A stretch of 64,000 bases of DNA from an uncultured Verrucomicrobiae bacterium. Lineage in GTDB: Bacteria > Verrucomicrobiota > Verrucomicrobiia > Chthoniobacterales > JAFAMB01. The position numbers were made by a program, and so were the translations under genes. Positions 18,738-28,384 of this stretch are shown in pieces (within the stretch, counting starts at the first letter, position 1; each line of letters starts with the position of its first letter). The notes under the pieces were generated by a model. It was given only the letters and a program-made list of their open reading frames with translations, was not told the origin of the DNA and searched no databases. The stretch is from contig CAVXLD010000004.1 of NCBI GenBank assembly GCA_963762565.1, positions 113,774-177,773 on the forward strand, written 5' to 3'.

Positions 18738-19613
18738 ATGTTCACTGGCACTTACACCGCCATCGTTACTCCGTTTAAGAATGGTGCAATCGACGAGGGC
18801 GCATTTCGAAAACTGATCGATTTTCAGATCCAAAATGGGGTCGACGGTATTGTGCCGGTTGGGTCTACCGGTGAGGCAGCGACCTTAGGTCACGATGAAC
18901 ATTTACAGGTGATCAAGATCGCCGTGGAACAGGCGGCGAAACGTTGCAAAATCGTTGCCGGCACTGGCTCAAATTCGACCAGGGAAGCGATCGATCTATC
19001 GGTAGGTGCGGCGGCGCTTGGCGTCGATGGGATCTTGTTAGCCAGCCCTTATTACAATAAACCGACCCAGGAAGGGATGTACCGGCATTTCAAGGCCATC
19101 AGCGAGCAAGCCAAGGTACCCGTGATGCTATATAACGTGCCGAGCCGCACTGCCAGCGAGATTGCGGTCGAAACCTGCGTTCGCCTCGTGCGCGAATGCC
19201 CGAATATCGTGTCGATTAAAGAAGCCGGAGGCAGTTGCGATCGGGTTGCGCTGCTCCGGAACGCTCTTCCACCCAGCTTCACTATTCTTTCCGGAGACGA
19301 CCCGTTAACCATCCCGTTCATGGCGTCAGGAGCCGTTGGCGTAGTCAGTGTCGCCTCTAACATTATCCCGAAGCAGATCGCCGACATGGTGAACGCGTTT
19401 TCAGCCGGCAGGGTGCAAGAAGCTCGAGATCTTCACCTCCGTTGGTACCCGATATTCAAGGACCTTTTCATCGAATCCAATCCGATCCCGGTGAAAGCGG
19501 CGCTTCATCTCATGGGAATGATTGAAGAGGAGTACCGCTTGCCGCTTTGTGAGATGAACGAAACAAATCTCGTTCGCCTCAAGAAGACACTGACCGCCAG
19601 CAAGCTGATATGA
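18738..19613 (+). CDS. dapA: 4-hydroxy-tetrahydrodipicolinate synthase
   Basis: TAIVTPF, GSTGE, PYYNKP, LYNVPSRT, IKEA, SGDD, ESNPIPVK. Confidence 0.97.
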   Translation: MFTGTYTAIVTPFKNGAIDEGAFRKLIDFQIQNGVDGIVPVGSTGEAATLGHDEHLQVIKIAVEQAAKRCKIVAGTGSNSTREAIDLSVGAAALGVDGILLASPYYNKPTQEGMYRHFKAISEQAKVPVMLYNVPSRTASEIAVETCVRLVRECPNIVSIKEAGGSCDRVALLRNALPPSFTILSGDDPLTIPFMASGAVGVVSVASNIIPKQIADMVNAFSAGRVQEARDLHLRWYPIFKDLFIESNPIPVKAALHLMGMIEEEYRLPLCEMNETNLVRLKKTLTASKLI

Positions 19614-20470
19614 GTCAGCCGGCTGTGGAGCGCGCCTCGCTTGCGAGGCCGACGGGGTCGCCACCCCCGGAGGGTTCGCCAATTGTGGAGCGCGCCTCGC
19701 TTGCGAGGCCGAAGGGGTCGCCACCCCCGGCGTTCAGGCTTCTTGTTAATGGGGCCTTGGGACGGCTCGGAAAGATTATCGTTGAGATAGCCGAAGGTCA
19801 GCCCGATTTAGCTGTCAAAGGGGCGACTCGAGAAGATCCAGTCGACAAGTTGATCATGTCGGCTGACGTCGTGATCGACGTAACCTCGCCGGCCGCCACG
19901 ATTGCCGTTGCCAGGCTTTGCTCCGAAAATCAGACCCCCTTGGTCGTTGGCACCACAGGGCACACTCAAGAACAAATCGAAGCTCTTCATCTTGTGTCGC
20001 AGAGATGTCCTGTGCTTCTTGCTCCGAACTTCAGCCTGGGAGTAAATCTCCTCTTCTGGATGGCTGAGACTGCGGCAGCCAAGCTAGGCCAAGATTTTGA
20101 CGTGGAAATCGTTGAGTCACATCACCGGCTAAAGAAAGATGCTCCCAGCGGCACGGCTAAAAGACTGGCGGAACTGATCGCCGCAGCCCGCCATTTGAGC
20201 TATGAGAAAAACACCCGGCACGGCCGTGAAGGTTTAGTGGGCCAGCGGCCGGTTGACGAGATCGGGATCCATGCCGTTCGCGGCGGCGATATCATCGGTG
20301 AACATACTGTGTTATTTGCCGGCCTCGGTGAACGCTTCGAGTTGACCCACAAGGCTTCGAGCCGCGAAACGTTTGCTCGCGGAGCAATCCAAGCGGCCAG
20401 GTGGATCGCCGGCCGTAGTCCGGGGCTGTATGAGATGCGGGATGTGCTTGGTTTAGGAGCTAGGAGTTAG
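19610..20470 (+). CDS. dapB: 4-hydroxy-tetrahydrodipicolinate reductase with a REP-derived N-terminal insertion
   Basis: VGTTG, APNFSLGVN, ESHHRLKKDAPSGTA, RGGDIIGEHTV; ATGA overlap with dapA. Confidence 0.95.
   Translation: MSQPAVERASLARPTGSPPPEGSPIVERASLARPKGSPPPAFRLLVNGALGRLGKIIVEIAEGQPDLAVKGATREDPVDKLIMSADVVIDVTSPAATIAVARLCSENQTPLVVGTTGHTQEQIEALHLVSQRCPVLLAPNFSLGVNLLFWMAETAAAKLGQDFDVEIVESHHRLKKDAPSGTAKRLAELIAAARHLSYEKNTRHGREGLVGQRPVDEIGIHAVRGGDIIGEHTVLFAGLGERFELTHKASSRETFARGAIQAARWIAGRSPGLYEMRDVLGLGARS
19624..19730. repeat. Two tandem family C REP units (60-nt period) inside dapB
   Basis: 47-nt unit at 19624-19670 and 19684-19730 with 1 mismatch. Confidence 0.92.
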
Positions 20471-20803
20471 AATCTAGGAGCTAGGAGGAGACTTATGGGC
20501 TGTCGACACATTGGTGGGGCGAGGCTCCCGAGAGACCGAACATCATTACCAGGGTTTAGGGCGATTCGCTGCTTTTACATACGGAAGGGCCCAAACGCGA
20601 GCCGAGCCGTTATGCGTGCCACCGTTCTGGGGCGACTACGTTACAGACCTCCGGCTCGGCACTTCAATCGACCTCATACTCCTCAAGGGCGTCGACGCAC
20701 TTTGGACCCTATTGCTATTCTGGGTCTTTCGGGAGCCTCGCCCCACCAAAATGGGCTCGCCCCGACACGCCCTCCTAGCTCCTAGATTCTAGCTCCTAGC
20801 TCC
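20454..20803. repeat. Family A REPIN (20511-20749) nested in (CTAGGAG)n/(CTCCTAG)n heptamer tracts
   Basis: N72 and N71 interiors; both arms are the GTGG variant. Confidence 0.9.
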
Positions 20804-20811
20804 TTTCCCCC

Positions 20812-21318
20812 ATGCGTTCCGGAATTGCCCTAGGTTCCAATGTCGGCGATCGATTGGCTAATCTCAGGGCAGCCTATCGCAACGTTGCCAATCTCAGCTC
20901 GGATCCGGCTGCCGTCCGGTGCTCTTCAATTTATGAAACCAGTCCGGTGGACAGTCCTCCTGGCGTTTCTTCTTATCTCAACGCCGTAATGGAGATTGAA
21001 TACGACAGACCCGCGATCGCTCTGTTGGATTCACTATTGCAAATCGAGCGGGCCCTTGGCCGGCCTTCGAAACGTCCCCGCAACGCTCCTCGTTCTATCG
21101 ATCTGGACCTGCTTTACGTCGGCAATTCGACGCTGAACAGTCCTGAAATCATCATCCCGCATCCACGAATCACGCAGAGGCGATTTGTGCTGGAGCCGCT
21201 GGCTGAAGTTGTCCCCGACTTAGTATTGCCCGGGCAAGCCCATTCGATCCGCCATTTACTGATGGGTTTGAAAACTGAGGAAGAAGTGACGAAGGTTCCC
21301 CAGGAACTCTGTACATGA
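20812..21318 (+). CDS. folK: 2-amino-4-hydroxy-6-hydroxymethyldihydropteridine diphosphokinase
   Basis: IALGSNVGDR, SSIYET, YLNAV, PRSIDLDLL, PHPR...RRFVLEPL. Confidence 0.95.
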   Translation: MRSGIALGSNVGDRLANLRAAYRNVANLSSDPAAVRCSSIYETSPVDSPPGVSSYLNAVMEIEYDRPAIALLDSLLQIERALGRPSKRPRNAPRSIDLDLLYVGNSTLNSPEIIIPHPRITQRRFVLEPLAEVVPDLVLPGQAHSIRHLLMGLKTEEEVTKVPQELCT

Positions 21319-22079
21319 ATCGCATTACTCCTGACATCGTCCGGAAAGCGAAAAGCCAAGGGATTACTGCATTAACCGCTTACGACTATCCGACTGCTCG
21401 TCTCCTTGATGAAGCCGGGATAGAAGTGCTGCTGGTTGGGGATTCCATGGGCATGGTTGTGTTAGGTCGACCAGACACAACTGAGGTTCGACTCGAAGAC
21501 ATTTTGCACCATTTGCGGGCGGTCTCCCGCGGCGTCCAGCGCGCACTCCTAGTGGCCGACTTGCCAATCGATACGTATCGCGATTCCGCTGAAGCTGTCG
21601 CCAATGCGAAAACGCTCATTTCTGCTGGTGCTAACGCAGTGAAATTAGAGGGCGGCGCAAAACGGGTGGAACAGATCAAGGCGATAGCCGGTGCGGGCGT
21701 GCCGGTGATGGCGCACATCGGGATGTTGCCGCAGCATATCCGCGAAGAAGGCGGTTATAAAATCAAAGGTAAAACACCGGTTGAGAGCCAACTACTCCTG
21801 GAGGATGCAAAAGCTGTCGAGGACGCCGGCGCCTTCGCGGTCGTTTTAGAGTTAGTGACGCCCAGGGTTGCCAACGAGATCACCCACTCGATTAAGATAC
21901 CAACCATCGGCATTGGATCAGGCAAAGATTGTGACGGCCAAATCTTAGTGTTCCACGATCTGGTTGGTTATTCTCCGTGGTTCATCCCTAAGCATGTCCA
22001 CCCCGAAGCCATGGTAGGAGAAGCGATCAGTAAGGCGGCGGCAGCCTATATCGCGAGGGTCAAAGGCGGGCTCGCCTGA
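21315..22079 (+). CDS. panB: 3-methyl-2-oxobutanoate hydroxymethyltransferase
   Basis: LTAYD, LVGDS, VKLEGG, HIGMLPQ, TIGIGSG..CDGQILV. Confidence 0.96.
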   Translation: MNRITPDIVRKAKSQGITALTAYDYPTARLLDEAGIEVLLVGDSMGMVVLGRPDTTEVRLEDILHHLRAVSRGVQRALLVADLPIDTYRDSAEAVANAKTLISAGANAVKLEGGAKRVEQIKAIAGAGVPVMAHIGMLPQHIREEGGYKIKGKTPVESQLLLEDAKAVEDAGAFAVVLELVTPRVANEITHSIKIPTIGIGSGKDCDGQILVFHDLVGYSPWFIPKHVHPEAMVGEAISKAAAAYIARVKGGLA

Positions 22080-22211
22080 GGCTCGCCCGCATGACCGATA
22101 GCCGATAGCCAATAGCCAACCATCGTCGCTGGTTGATCAACGCTGCTCGTATATCGGGTTGGCTATTGGCTATTGGCTATTGGCTATACGGACGAGCCTC
22201 AGGCGAGGCCG
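22068..22211. repeat. Inverted element with (ATAGCCR)n/(TGGCTAT)n heptamers between convergent panB and accA
   Basis: ctcgcctgaggctcg ... cgagcctcaggcgag. Confidence 0.85.
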
Positions 22212-23165
22212 TCAGCTTTCCAGCACCTGGCCCATCGCTCTGAACTTCTGATAGCGTTCCTCGAGCAAGAGTTTCTTTGACTTCTTGCTGAGTTCGTCCA
22301 GCTGCCGGAGCACGGCGGTCTTGAAGTTATCGGCTGCTTTTTCGTGGTCTTTATGAGCGCCGCCAAGCGGTTCCTCAATCACTTCATCGATAACGTTGAA
22401 CTCTTTCAGGTCCCGGGCCGTCAGTTTGAGTGCTTCCGCCGCTTCCGGTGCATGACTCCGATGCCTCCAAAGGATCGCTGCGCACCCTTCCGGGCTGATA
22501 ACCGAGTAATAGGCGTTCTCCAGCATCAACACTCTGTCGGCAACCCCGATCCCTAATGCGCCGCCTGACCCCCCCTCGCCAATAACCACCGCAACGATCG
22601 GGACCGGTAACAACATCATTTCCCGTAAGTTCACCGCAATCGATTCTGAGATATGCCGTTCCTCTGCGCCGACGCCCGGATAAGCGCCGGGCGTATCAAT
22701 CAGAGCAACGATCGGCAGACCGAATTTGGCGGCCAAGCGCATGACGCGAAGCGCTTTGCGGTATCCTTCAGGATGGGCGCTCCCGAAATTGCGGCGGATA
22801 TTTTCTTTTGTACCCCGACCTTTTTGATGGCTCACAACCACACATCGGTAACTACCCAAACACGCCAGACCGCAAGGCATTGCCTGGTCGTCGCCAAACA
22901 GCCGGTCTCCATGCAACTCCGTAAAATCGGTGAAAGCCAGATTCAAGTAATCCAAGGCAAACGGACGCTGGTCCAACCTTGCCACCTGCACTCGCTCCCA
23001 GGCTTTCAGATTTTCATAGATCTGCTTACGGGTGGCCTCAATCTTGTGCTCCATCCCGGCGATCTCGTTCGCGAGGTCGACGCCCTGCAACTTCGAGTGT
23101 TTCTTGAGCTCCTCCAGCTGCCTCTCCAGGTCGACGATCGGTTTCTCAAATTCTAAAGGTTTCAT
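22212..23165 (-). CDS. accA: Acetyl-CoA carboxylase carboxyltransferase alpha subunit
   Basis: LEFEKPI, ELHGDR, PEGYRKA, IDTPGAYPG, GEGGSGGALG, YSVISPEGCA. Confidence 0.97.
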   Translation of the reverse strand: MKPLEFEKPIVDLERQLEELKKHSKLQGVDLANEIAGMEHKIEATRKQIYENLKAWERVQVARLDQRPFALDYLNLAFTDFTELHGDRLFGDDQAMPCGLACLGSYRCVVVSHQKGRGTKENIRRNFGSAHPEGYRKALRVMRLAAKFGLPIVALIDTPGAYPGVGAEERHISESIAVNLREMMLLPVPIVAVVIGEGGSGGALGIGVADRVLMLENAYYSVISPEGCAAILWRHRSHAPEAAEALKLTARDLKEFNVIDEVIEEPLGGAHKDHEKAADNFKTAVLRQLDELSKKSKKLLLEERYQKFRAMGQVLES

Positions 23166-24001
23166 TTGCTAATCGTGACCAGTGTTTCCTTCGGCAAGAG
23201 AGCAAACAGCTCCTCCATGTCCTCTGGAGCCAGCTGAATGCCGAATCGTGGTTTCGTGACATTTGGTATGTTGGGCGAGGTTTCAGAATACAAAGTTATC
23301 CCGTTTTGGCTAAGTACGACCCAGCGACTGCTGCCAATGAATTTCCTCTCGCCGAAAGACACTCGGGCGTTTCCCGACCAGGCTTCTTTACCTATGACCT
23401 TTAATTGACCCGGTTTAATATTAGGCGGCAGATTAAAGTCGAGAGACTTATACCACAGAAAAAACTGGCCATGATTCAGGAGCTCAACCGCCTGAGCTCC
23501 CAGGAAAATCTGAAGGGTAAATTGTCCACTAGGAATAATAAATTTCTGTCCAGGCTGGATCATTAGCCCCTCGAGACCGTTCGCCTTGAAAATCAACTCG
23601 GGCGCAGCCTTTGTCTTGGCGGCTATTTTGGCGATAGAGTCCCCTCGAGCTACGATATACTCCTTCTTATCCGCCGAGGGTTGAGGGGAAAAAAAGTCCT
23701 GAATATTCATATCCCCAATCGTCTTTCTGGCCTCATCGGCTTTTACCGATTTTGGGAAACTTTGAAAAATCGAAATCAGAAGGCGCTTACCATTTTCGAT
23801 ATCGCCCTTAGCGATCAATTGTTTTCCTTGTTCCAACAGGGCGATTCCAGGGTCGGGTGTCGGAGTAACGACTGCCTGGTTACCCTTGGCGGGCGTGCGG
23901 GTGGCTTTCTTAATAAACAGTTCATAGGTAGCAAAACCTCCGCCGCCAAAGATCACTAAAACCAAACCGGCAAGGACCCCGAGTTTCCAAAGAAGGCTCA
24001 T
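23162..24001 (-). CDS. Membrane-anchored LysM domain protein (possible degenerate L,D-transpeptidase-like C-terminus)
   Basis: N-terminal TM segment; YIVARGDSIAKIA...ANGL...IQPGQKFIIP. Confidence 0.8.
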   Translation of the reverse strand: MSLLWKLGVLAGLVLVIFGGGGFATYELFIKKATRTPAKGNQAVVTPTPDPGIALLEQGKQLIAKGDIENGKRLLISIFQSFPKSVKADEARKTIGDMNIQDFFSPQPSADKKEYIVARGDSIAKIAAKTKAAPELIFKANGLEGLMIQPGQKFIIPSGQFTLQIFLGAQAVELLNHGQFFLWYKSLDFNLPPNIKPGQLKVIGKEAWSGNARVSFGERKFIGSSRWVVLSQNGITLYSETSPNIPNVTKPRFGIQLAPEDMEELFALLPKETLVTISK

Positions 24002-24124
24002 TCAGTTGCTCAGGCTACTCCTCCTTTGCTCGTGCCCTGTCCGCGAAATAACATGGCTTTTGTCCGGCAGCTGCCGGGCCCATTTTGATCGCAACGAAAG
24101 CCATGCTATTTCGCGGACAGGGCA

Positions 24125-24643
24125 CTACAGCAAACCGCGTCGCCGTAGATCAAACCAATTAATTCGTGCTGATTGTTCGACCAATTCCAAAGTGAACTTC
24201 AACAGGCAGATTTCCCAGCCTTCGTCAACCCCTTGGATGATAGCGCTCCCACCTCTTTGACCTTCCGGAACGTCCTGATTTACCCGATCCACCACCGCCG
24301 GCAAAGAATCATGAAGGATATGCTCGCTGACACCGTCCTTACGAATTTGAAAGCCGTACTTCAGGAAGGCTGCGTTCCTTGACTGAAGAAGCTGCGCGAA
24401 TTGGTTGGCGGCCTCACCAAAGCCTTCTAGAAGCAATTTGGCCATGTTCTCCGGAGTAACCAATTGCGGTCTGTCCGCCTGGATGCGACCCGAACGAACT
24501 CGGATCTCGTTTACACGATCCATGAGCTCGGATATCAAATAAAAATCGAAACTGGTGACTCCAAAGGTTTCGATCCGCCGGTCGGGCGCATGGATGACTT
24601 TAGTGTTCTCTAGCGCGTATTGAAGATCGTCCCCATTATACAT
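24125..24643 (-). CDS. Conserved hypothetical protein
   Basis: Clean 172-aa ORF, IETFG.T.F.FYLISELMD, LLEGFGE, WEICLLKF. Confidence 0.75.
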   Translation of the reverse strand: MYNGDDLQYALENTKVIHAPDRRIETFGVTSFDFYLISELMDRVNEIRVRSGRIQADRPQLVTPENMAKLLLEGFGEAANQFAQLLQSRNAAFLKYGFQIRKDGVSEHILHDSLPAVVDRVNQDVPEGQRGGSAIIQGVDEGWEICLLKFTLELVEQSARINWFDLRRRGLL

Positions 24644-24746
24644 AGGCGGCAAAAGACCTGAACAGTAGCCGATTTCTCAGGAGGAACAAATCTCTTCCCT
24701 TATCGGCATCCTTACAAGGGTTTTACGCGAGCGGGGTGTAAGGGGT

Positions 24747-25041
24747 CTCGTCCTCGAGAGTTTGGGTGGGGGTGGAGTCGATTTTGCGGACAGGTGTCAG
24801 GGAGGTTTTTGTCCCGAAGGGACGACAGGACTCAGCCTGGGGTTTTAACCCCAGGAATACATTCCAAAACGATCCGCCCTGAACGGGCGGCAGATAGTTG
24901 GGACCGGCGGCTTGTTTGGCGCCATATCACGTTTCGGCGGTGTGTCACCTTTACGATAGATGACCTGGCAAGTCGCGCCTTGGTCGTTGAGAGAGCAAAG
25001 GCCAACTTTACGAGGACGCGGACGAAGAACGAGAACGATTG
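24747..25041. repeat. Nested REP cluster (CTCGTCCTCG ... CGAGGACG tract enclosing GTCCCGAAGGGAC, CCTGGGG-N-CCCCAGG and CCGCCC-N-GGGCGG hairpins)
   Basis: Three consecutive short palindromes at 24810-24892. Confidence 0.7.
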
Positions 25042-25115
25042 GTCGCCGCTCGTGCAGATTCTGAATCGAAACTGCGAACTGGCCCCATGAAGAGGCCAGT
25101 GATGAGACCAAGGAA

Positions 25116-25358
25116 TTACTTCGCTCGCTCTTCGATATAGCGGATAACGTCGCCGACGGTTTGGAGCTTCTCGGCATCTTCGTCCGGAACTTCGACGGAG
25201 AATTCTTCTTCGAAGGCCATTACGAGTTCTACCGTATCCAGCGAGTCAGCGCCGAGGTCCTCAATGAAAGAAGCGTTAGGAGTCACCTGTTCAGGATTCA
25301 CGCCGAGTTGCTCGACGATGATCTCCTTCACTTTCTCTTCGATGGATTTCTCTGACAT
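25116..25358 (-). CDS. acpP: Acyl carrier protein
   Basis: [20 protein letters not shown]. Confidence 0.98.
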   Translation of the reverse strand: MSEKSIEEKVKEIIVEQLGVNPEQVTPNASFIEDLGADSLDTVELVMAFEEEFSVEVPDEDAEKLQTVGDVIRYIEERAK

Positions 25359-25614
25359 AAGTCGCGGTTTCTTCTCTTTTGGTTAAGACTCGGCTACGCT
25401 TAATAACGAAGCCTAAGGTTGGCAACTAAAATAATTGCACTAAATAGCAACTATTTTCTTGGGGTCAGTCGCCCGAGCGTGTTTCGACCTTCTTTCGACA
25501 CTTTTTGTGTTGACCTATCTGCCGGATTAGCCAACCTAGACCCTCTTTCATCCACTACAATCGGCTCGCGAGTAGTTTACTTTTTACCCTGAACTTGTTA
25601 CCTGTATCCCGACC

Positions 25615-27633
25615 ATGGCGGATCCCCTCCCCTCGCTCGATCTTCGTTTAACGCCCGATTGGCTAAAGGAATCGGAATCGGCAAACCGTTACGCGGATTA
25701 TGCGGACGTAGAACCCGAGGGTCGAGGCAATCGGGCCCGAAGGGAAAGACGCGACGACCGACCGGGTCGGCCAACTCAGAATCGCCAACGGCGAGATGGA
25801 GGTCCCGGAGGTCCCGCTCGGCGGAACGCCACCGGTCAAAATCGTCCGGCTTCAGCTTCACAGACGCGGCCGGTGCGGCCACCCGGCCAATCGAACCGAG
25901 ACGCATCCTCACATCCTGAACGAGTTAGCGACGGAGCCCGCCGGGGCCGCGACGAACCAGTTCAGGACCAAGTCGAGCCGGCAGCCGTTCAGGTGGACTT
26001 TTTGCCAGAGGAACGCGCTTTCTCAAAAGTGATCCAACAGATCAAGCAGGGGCACGCTGCTTATCCGTTATTTGGTCTGGCAAGGATGTTCCTGGAACGA
26101 CCGGAGCGGCACCGGGTCCGGATCCGTTCCCTGAACGATTCGGTAATGATCTATCAGCTCAGTGACGATGGTCCGGTAGCGATGGAGATGTCCGCCCTGG
26201 AGCGAATCGCGTTTAGCGAAAAAAAGGATGACTTTTATACAAGCGATATCGTTGAAAAGGAGCCAATTAAGGGAAATTTCACTTCCGTAGCCCGGTGTGG
26301 CCTTTCCGGACGGCTGCTCGGACCAACGAATTATCATACTTTTCAGAAGGTAATCCGTGCTCTGTACGAACAGCGATTTAGCCGGCGGATGAGTTTTGAG
26401 GAATACCGCCGCAGTATCGAGATCACGAGCGACCCGGAATTGGTTAACCAATGGAAAGAAGAAGCTCGTAAGATCGTCACCTACACGACAAAAGATGAGG
26501 AGAATCCTGCTGCTTTTGAAAGCGCGGCAGCGATGGAGCAACATTTCCGGGTCAATCACCTCGAGAAATTGATCAAGCCCTGTTTGGCCGCCGAGGTATC
26601 GGGAGACGTCGCCCGCCATCTTCCCGACCGCTCAATTATTGCAGCCATTCGCCGGGCCCGCGAACGGGAAAATCGGTTCCCGGCCCAGATGGCAGGAGCG
26701 CTTCGACACGGCTTAAATCAGGCCGGTTTGCATGTGTTCAAACACAAGAAACGCATTCTCTACATCTCAACGATCCGGCCTCAACTCTTTGACCCGAACC
26801 AAGCCAAAGTGTCGCCGGGCTTGGAAGCGATACTCGCGACTCTGCGATCTTACCCCAGAATTACCCGGAAACAGTTGGCGGAGAAGGTCCTGAAACGGCT
26901 GCTGGGCGACAAGAGTACCGACGACCAATCGCCCGAATACCAACAGGCAAAAAATATTCTGCCGACGGATTTGCTTTGGTTAGCAAAAGCGGGCCATGTG
27001 ATTGAGTTCGCTGATGGCACCCTAGACTTGCCTTTACCGCCAAAAATGGTCGAGAAACCGGGTGCGAGCCAAGAGCCCGACGCTCAAGAAGAGGCCGCCA
27101 CAGATGAGGCATATGAGGCCGAAGGCGCAACAGAGGTCGTAACTACCGAAGAACCTGCACGCGACGTCGAGGCGGCAACACAAGCGCCTATCGAGCATGC
27201 GCCGGTTGACCAACAAGCGGTTGAGGAGCATGCGCCGGTTGAACAACTTGAAGAGCACGCGACCATTCAAGAGCACGCTCGGGTTAAGGAACACCCAACT
27301 GTCGAAGCGCATGCAACCGTCCAAGAGCACGCTCCGATTGAGGAACACCCAATTGTCGAAGAACACGGAACCGTTCAAGAGCACGCCCCGGTTAATGAAC
27401 AGGAGATTCAGGCTACCGAAAGCGTAGTAACTGAGGCGCCGCTCAATCCGGAACCGGAACCAGCTTCCAAGGAGTCTTCAAACCCCAAGGTAGAATCCGC
27501 CGAAGCCGGCCAAACGCTGACTTCCGCTGGCTCAGAACCTGACGGAAGCACGCCGGTCGAGCCGGCGGCCCTGACCAAAAGTCACGACCAAAGTCCCACC
27601 ACCAAAGCGGAGTGGGCGACCGCGGAGTCGTAA
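25615..27633 (+). CDS. Hypothetical protein with a disordered Arg/Gly-rich N-terminus, globular core and acidic His-repeat C-terminus
   Basis: 672-aa ORF; AYPLFGLARMFL, CGLSG.LLGPTNYH, DLLWL...GHVIEF core; xEH(A/P)x(V/I) repeats. Confidence 0.8.
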   Translation: MADPLPSLDLRLTPDWLKESESANRYADYADVEPEGRGNRARRERRDDRPGRPTQNRQRRDGGPGGPARRNATGQNRPASASQTRPVRPPGQSNRDASSHPERVSDGARRGRDEPVQDQVEPAAVQVDFLPEERAFSKVIQQIKQGHAAYPLFGLARMFLERPERHRVRIRSLNDSVMIYQLSDDGPVAMEMSALERIAFSEKKDDFYTSDIVEKEPIKGNFTSVARCGLSGRLLGPTNYHTFQKVIRALYEQRFSRRMSFEEYRRSIEITSDPELVNQWKEEARKIVTYTTKDEENPAAFESAAAMEQHFRVNHLEKLIKPCLAAEVSGDVARHLPDRSIIAAIRRARERENRFPAQMAGALRHGLNQAGLHVFKHKKRILYISTIRPQLFDPNQAKVSPGLEAILATLRSYPRITRKQLAEKVLKRLLGDKSTDDQSPEYQQAKNILPTDLLWLAKAGHVIEFADGTLDLPLPPKMVEKPGASQEPDAQEEAATDEAYEAEGATEVVTTEEPARDVEAATQAPIEHAPVDQQAVEEHAPVEQLEEHATIQEHARVKEHPTVEAHATVQEHAPIEEHPIVEEHGTVQEHAPVNEQEIQATESVVTEAPLNPEPEPASKESSNPKVESAEAGQTLTSAGSEPDGSTPVEPAALTKSHDQSPTTKAEWATAES

Positions 27634-27642
27634 GTGGCGAGG

Positions 27643-27931
27643 CGTGAGAAGTGATTGGTGATTGGTGAATAGTGATTGGTGGCGGCGATGCCTTGGTAGG
27701 GCGAGGCTCCCGAAAGACGCAAAGCTAATGCCAGCGCTCGACCTGTTTCGACGCTGAAGAATAAGGGTGCGCTGACAATCGTGCCGAGCCGTTTCGCCTG
27801 ATGTGGCAACTTCCGGGGTGTGCACCTGCTATAGACCACGGCTCGGCGCATGTATCGGTGCGGCAAAAGATGGATTCGTCAGAACTGCCCTCCTTTGCGA
27901 GGCTTTCTAAGTCTTTTGGGAGCCTCGCCCC
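27643..27931. repeat. (GTGATTG)n tract plus family A REPIN (27693-27931) whose right arm is interrupted by the IS element
   Basis: N72 and N71 interiors; arm resumes as ACCAA at 29542; matching (CAATCAC)n tract at 29564-29605. Confidence 0.9.
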
Positions 27932-28044
27932 CCTATGGTGTTGTCAAGCTACCCAGCGTGTTTTTAGCGGTTTGTCATCTTTTGTAGAGCAACGTAGTTG
28001 CCAAAATTTTTAGTTCAGAGATCGAGCCGGTTTGCGACGGTTGG

Positions 28045-28375
28045 TACGTTTCCTCTTGTGGCTCATGTCTCCGAGCTCGATTGGGACAAGGCAGCCTCCT
28101 ATCCGGCCTGTCAGGGTTTGACAGCGCAAGATGCTCTATACGCATCGCTCAAGAGGAACGAGCGCGCCCAATCTACCAACGGGCTTTTAAAGCCCAGGGG
28201 CGAGCACGAGCGCGCGCCGTTCCAAAGTCCAGAGTTAAAATGTTTAGTCTAGTGCTGTGTCAGCTTCTCCCTTAACCATGGGGCCTCTTTAGAGGCGCCA
28301 GCTTGCTCCTGTTTCCCCCGAACCGGGGTTTGGGGCAGAGCCCCAAGTTAAAACCCGAGTCTTCGGGTCACTTCT
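28045..28375 (-). ncRNA. Predicted bridge/seek RNA in the IS 3' non-coding end (boundaries approximate)
   Basis: Target loop: CUCGCCCC (28197-28204), hairpin 28181-28195, UUGGUAGAU (28171-28179). Donor loop: GCAUCU (28129-28134), hairpin 28108-28124, AUAGGAG (28096-28102). Further hairpins at 28281-28299, 28330-28346, 28353-28368. Confidence 0.8.
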
Positions 28376-28384
28376 AAAATGGTT

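Noticed and set aside
27998..28275. Small ORFs in the IS non-coding end
   Set aside because: No recognisable protein features; the region is better explained as structured guide RNA
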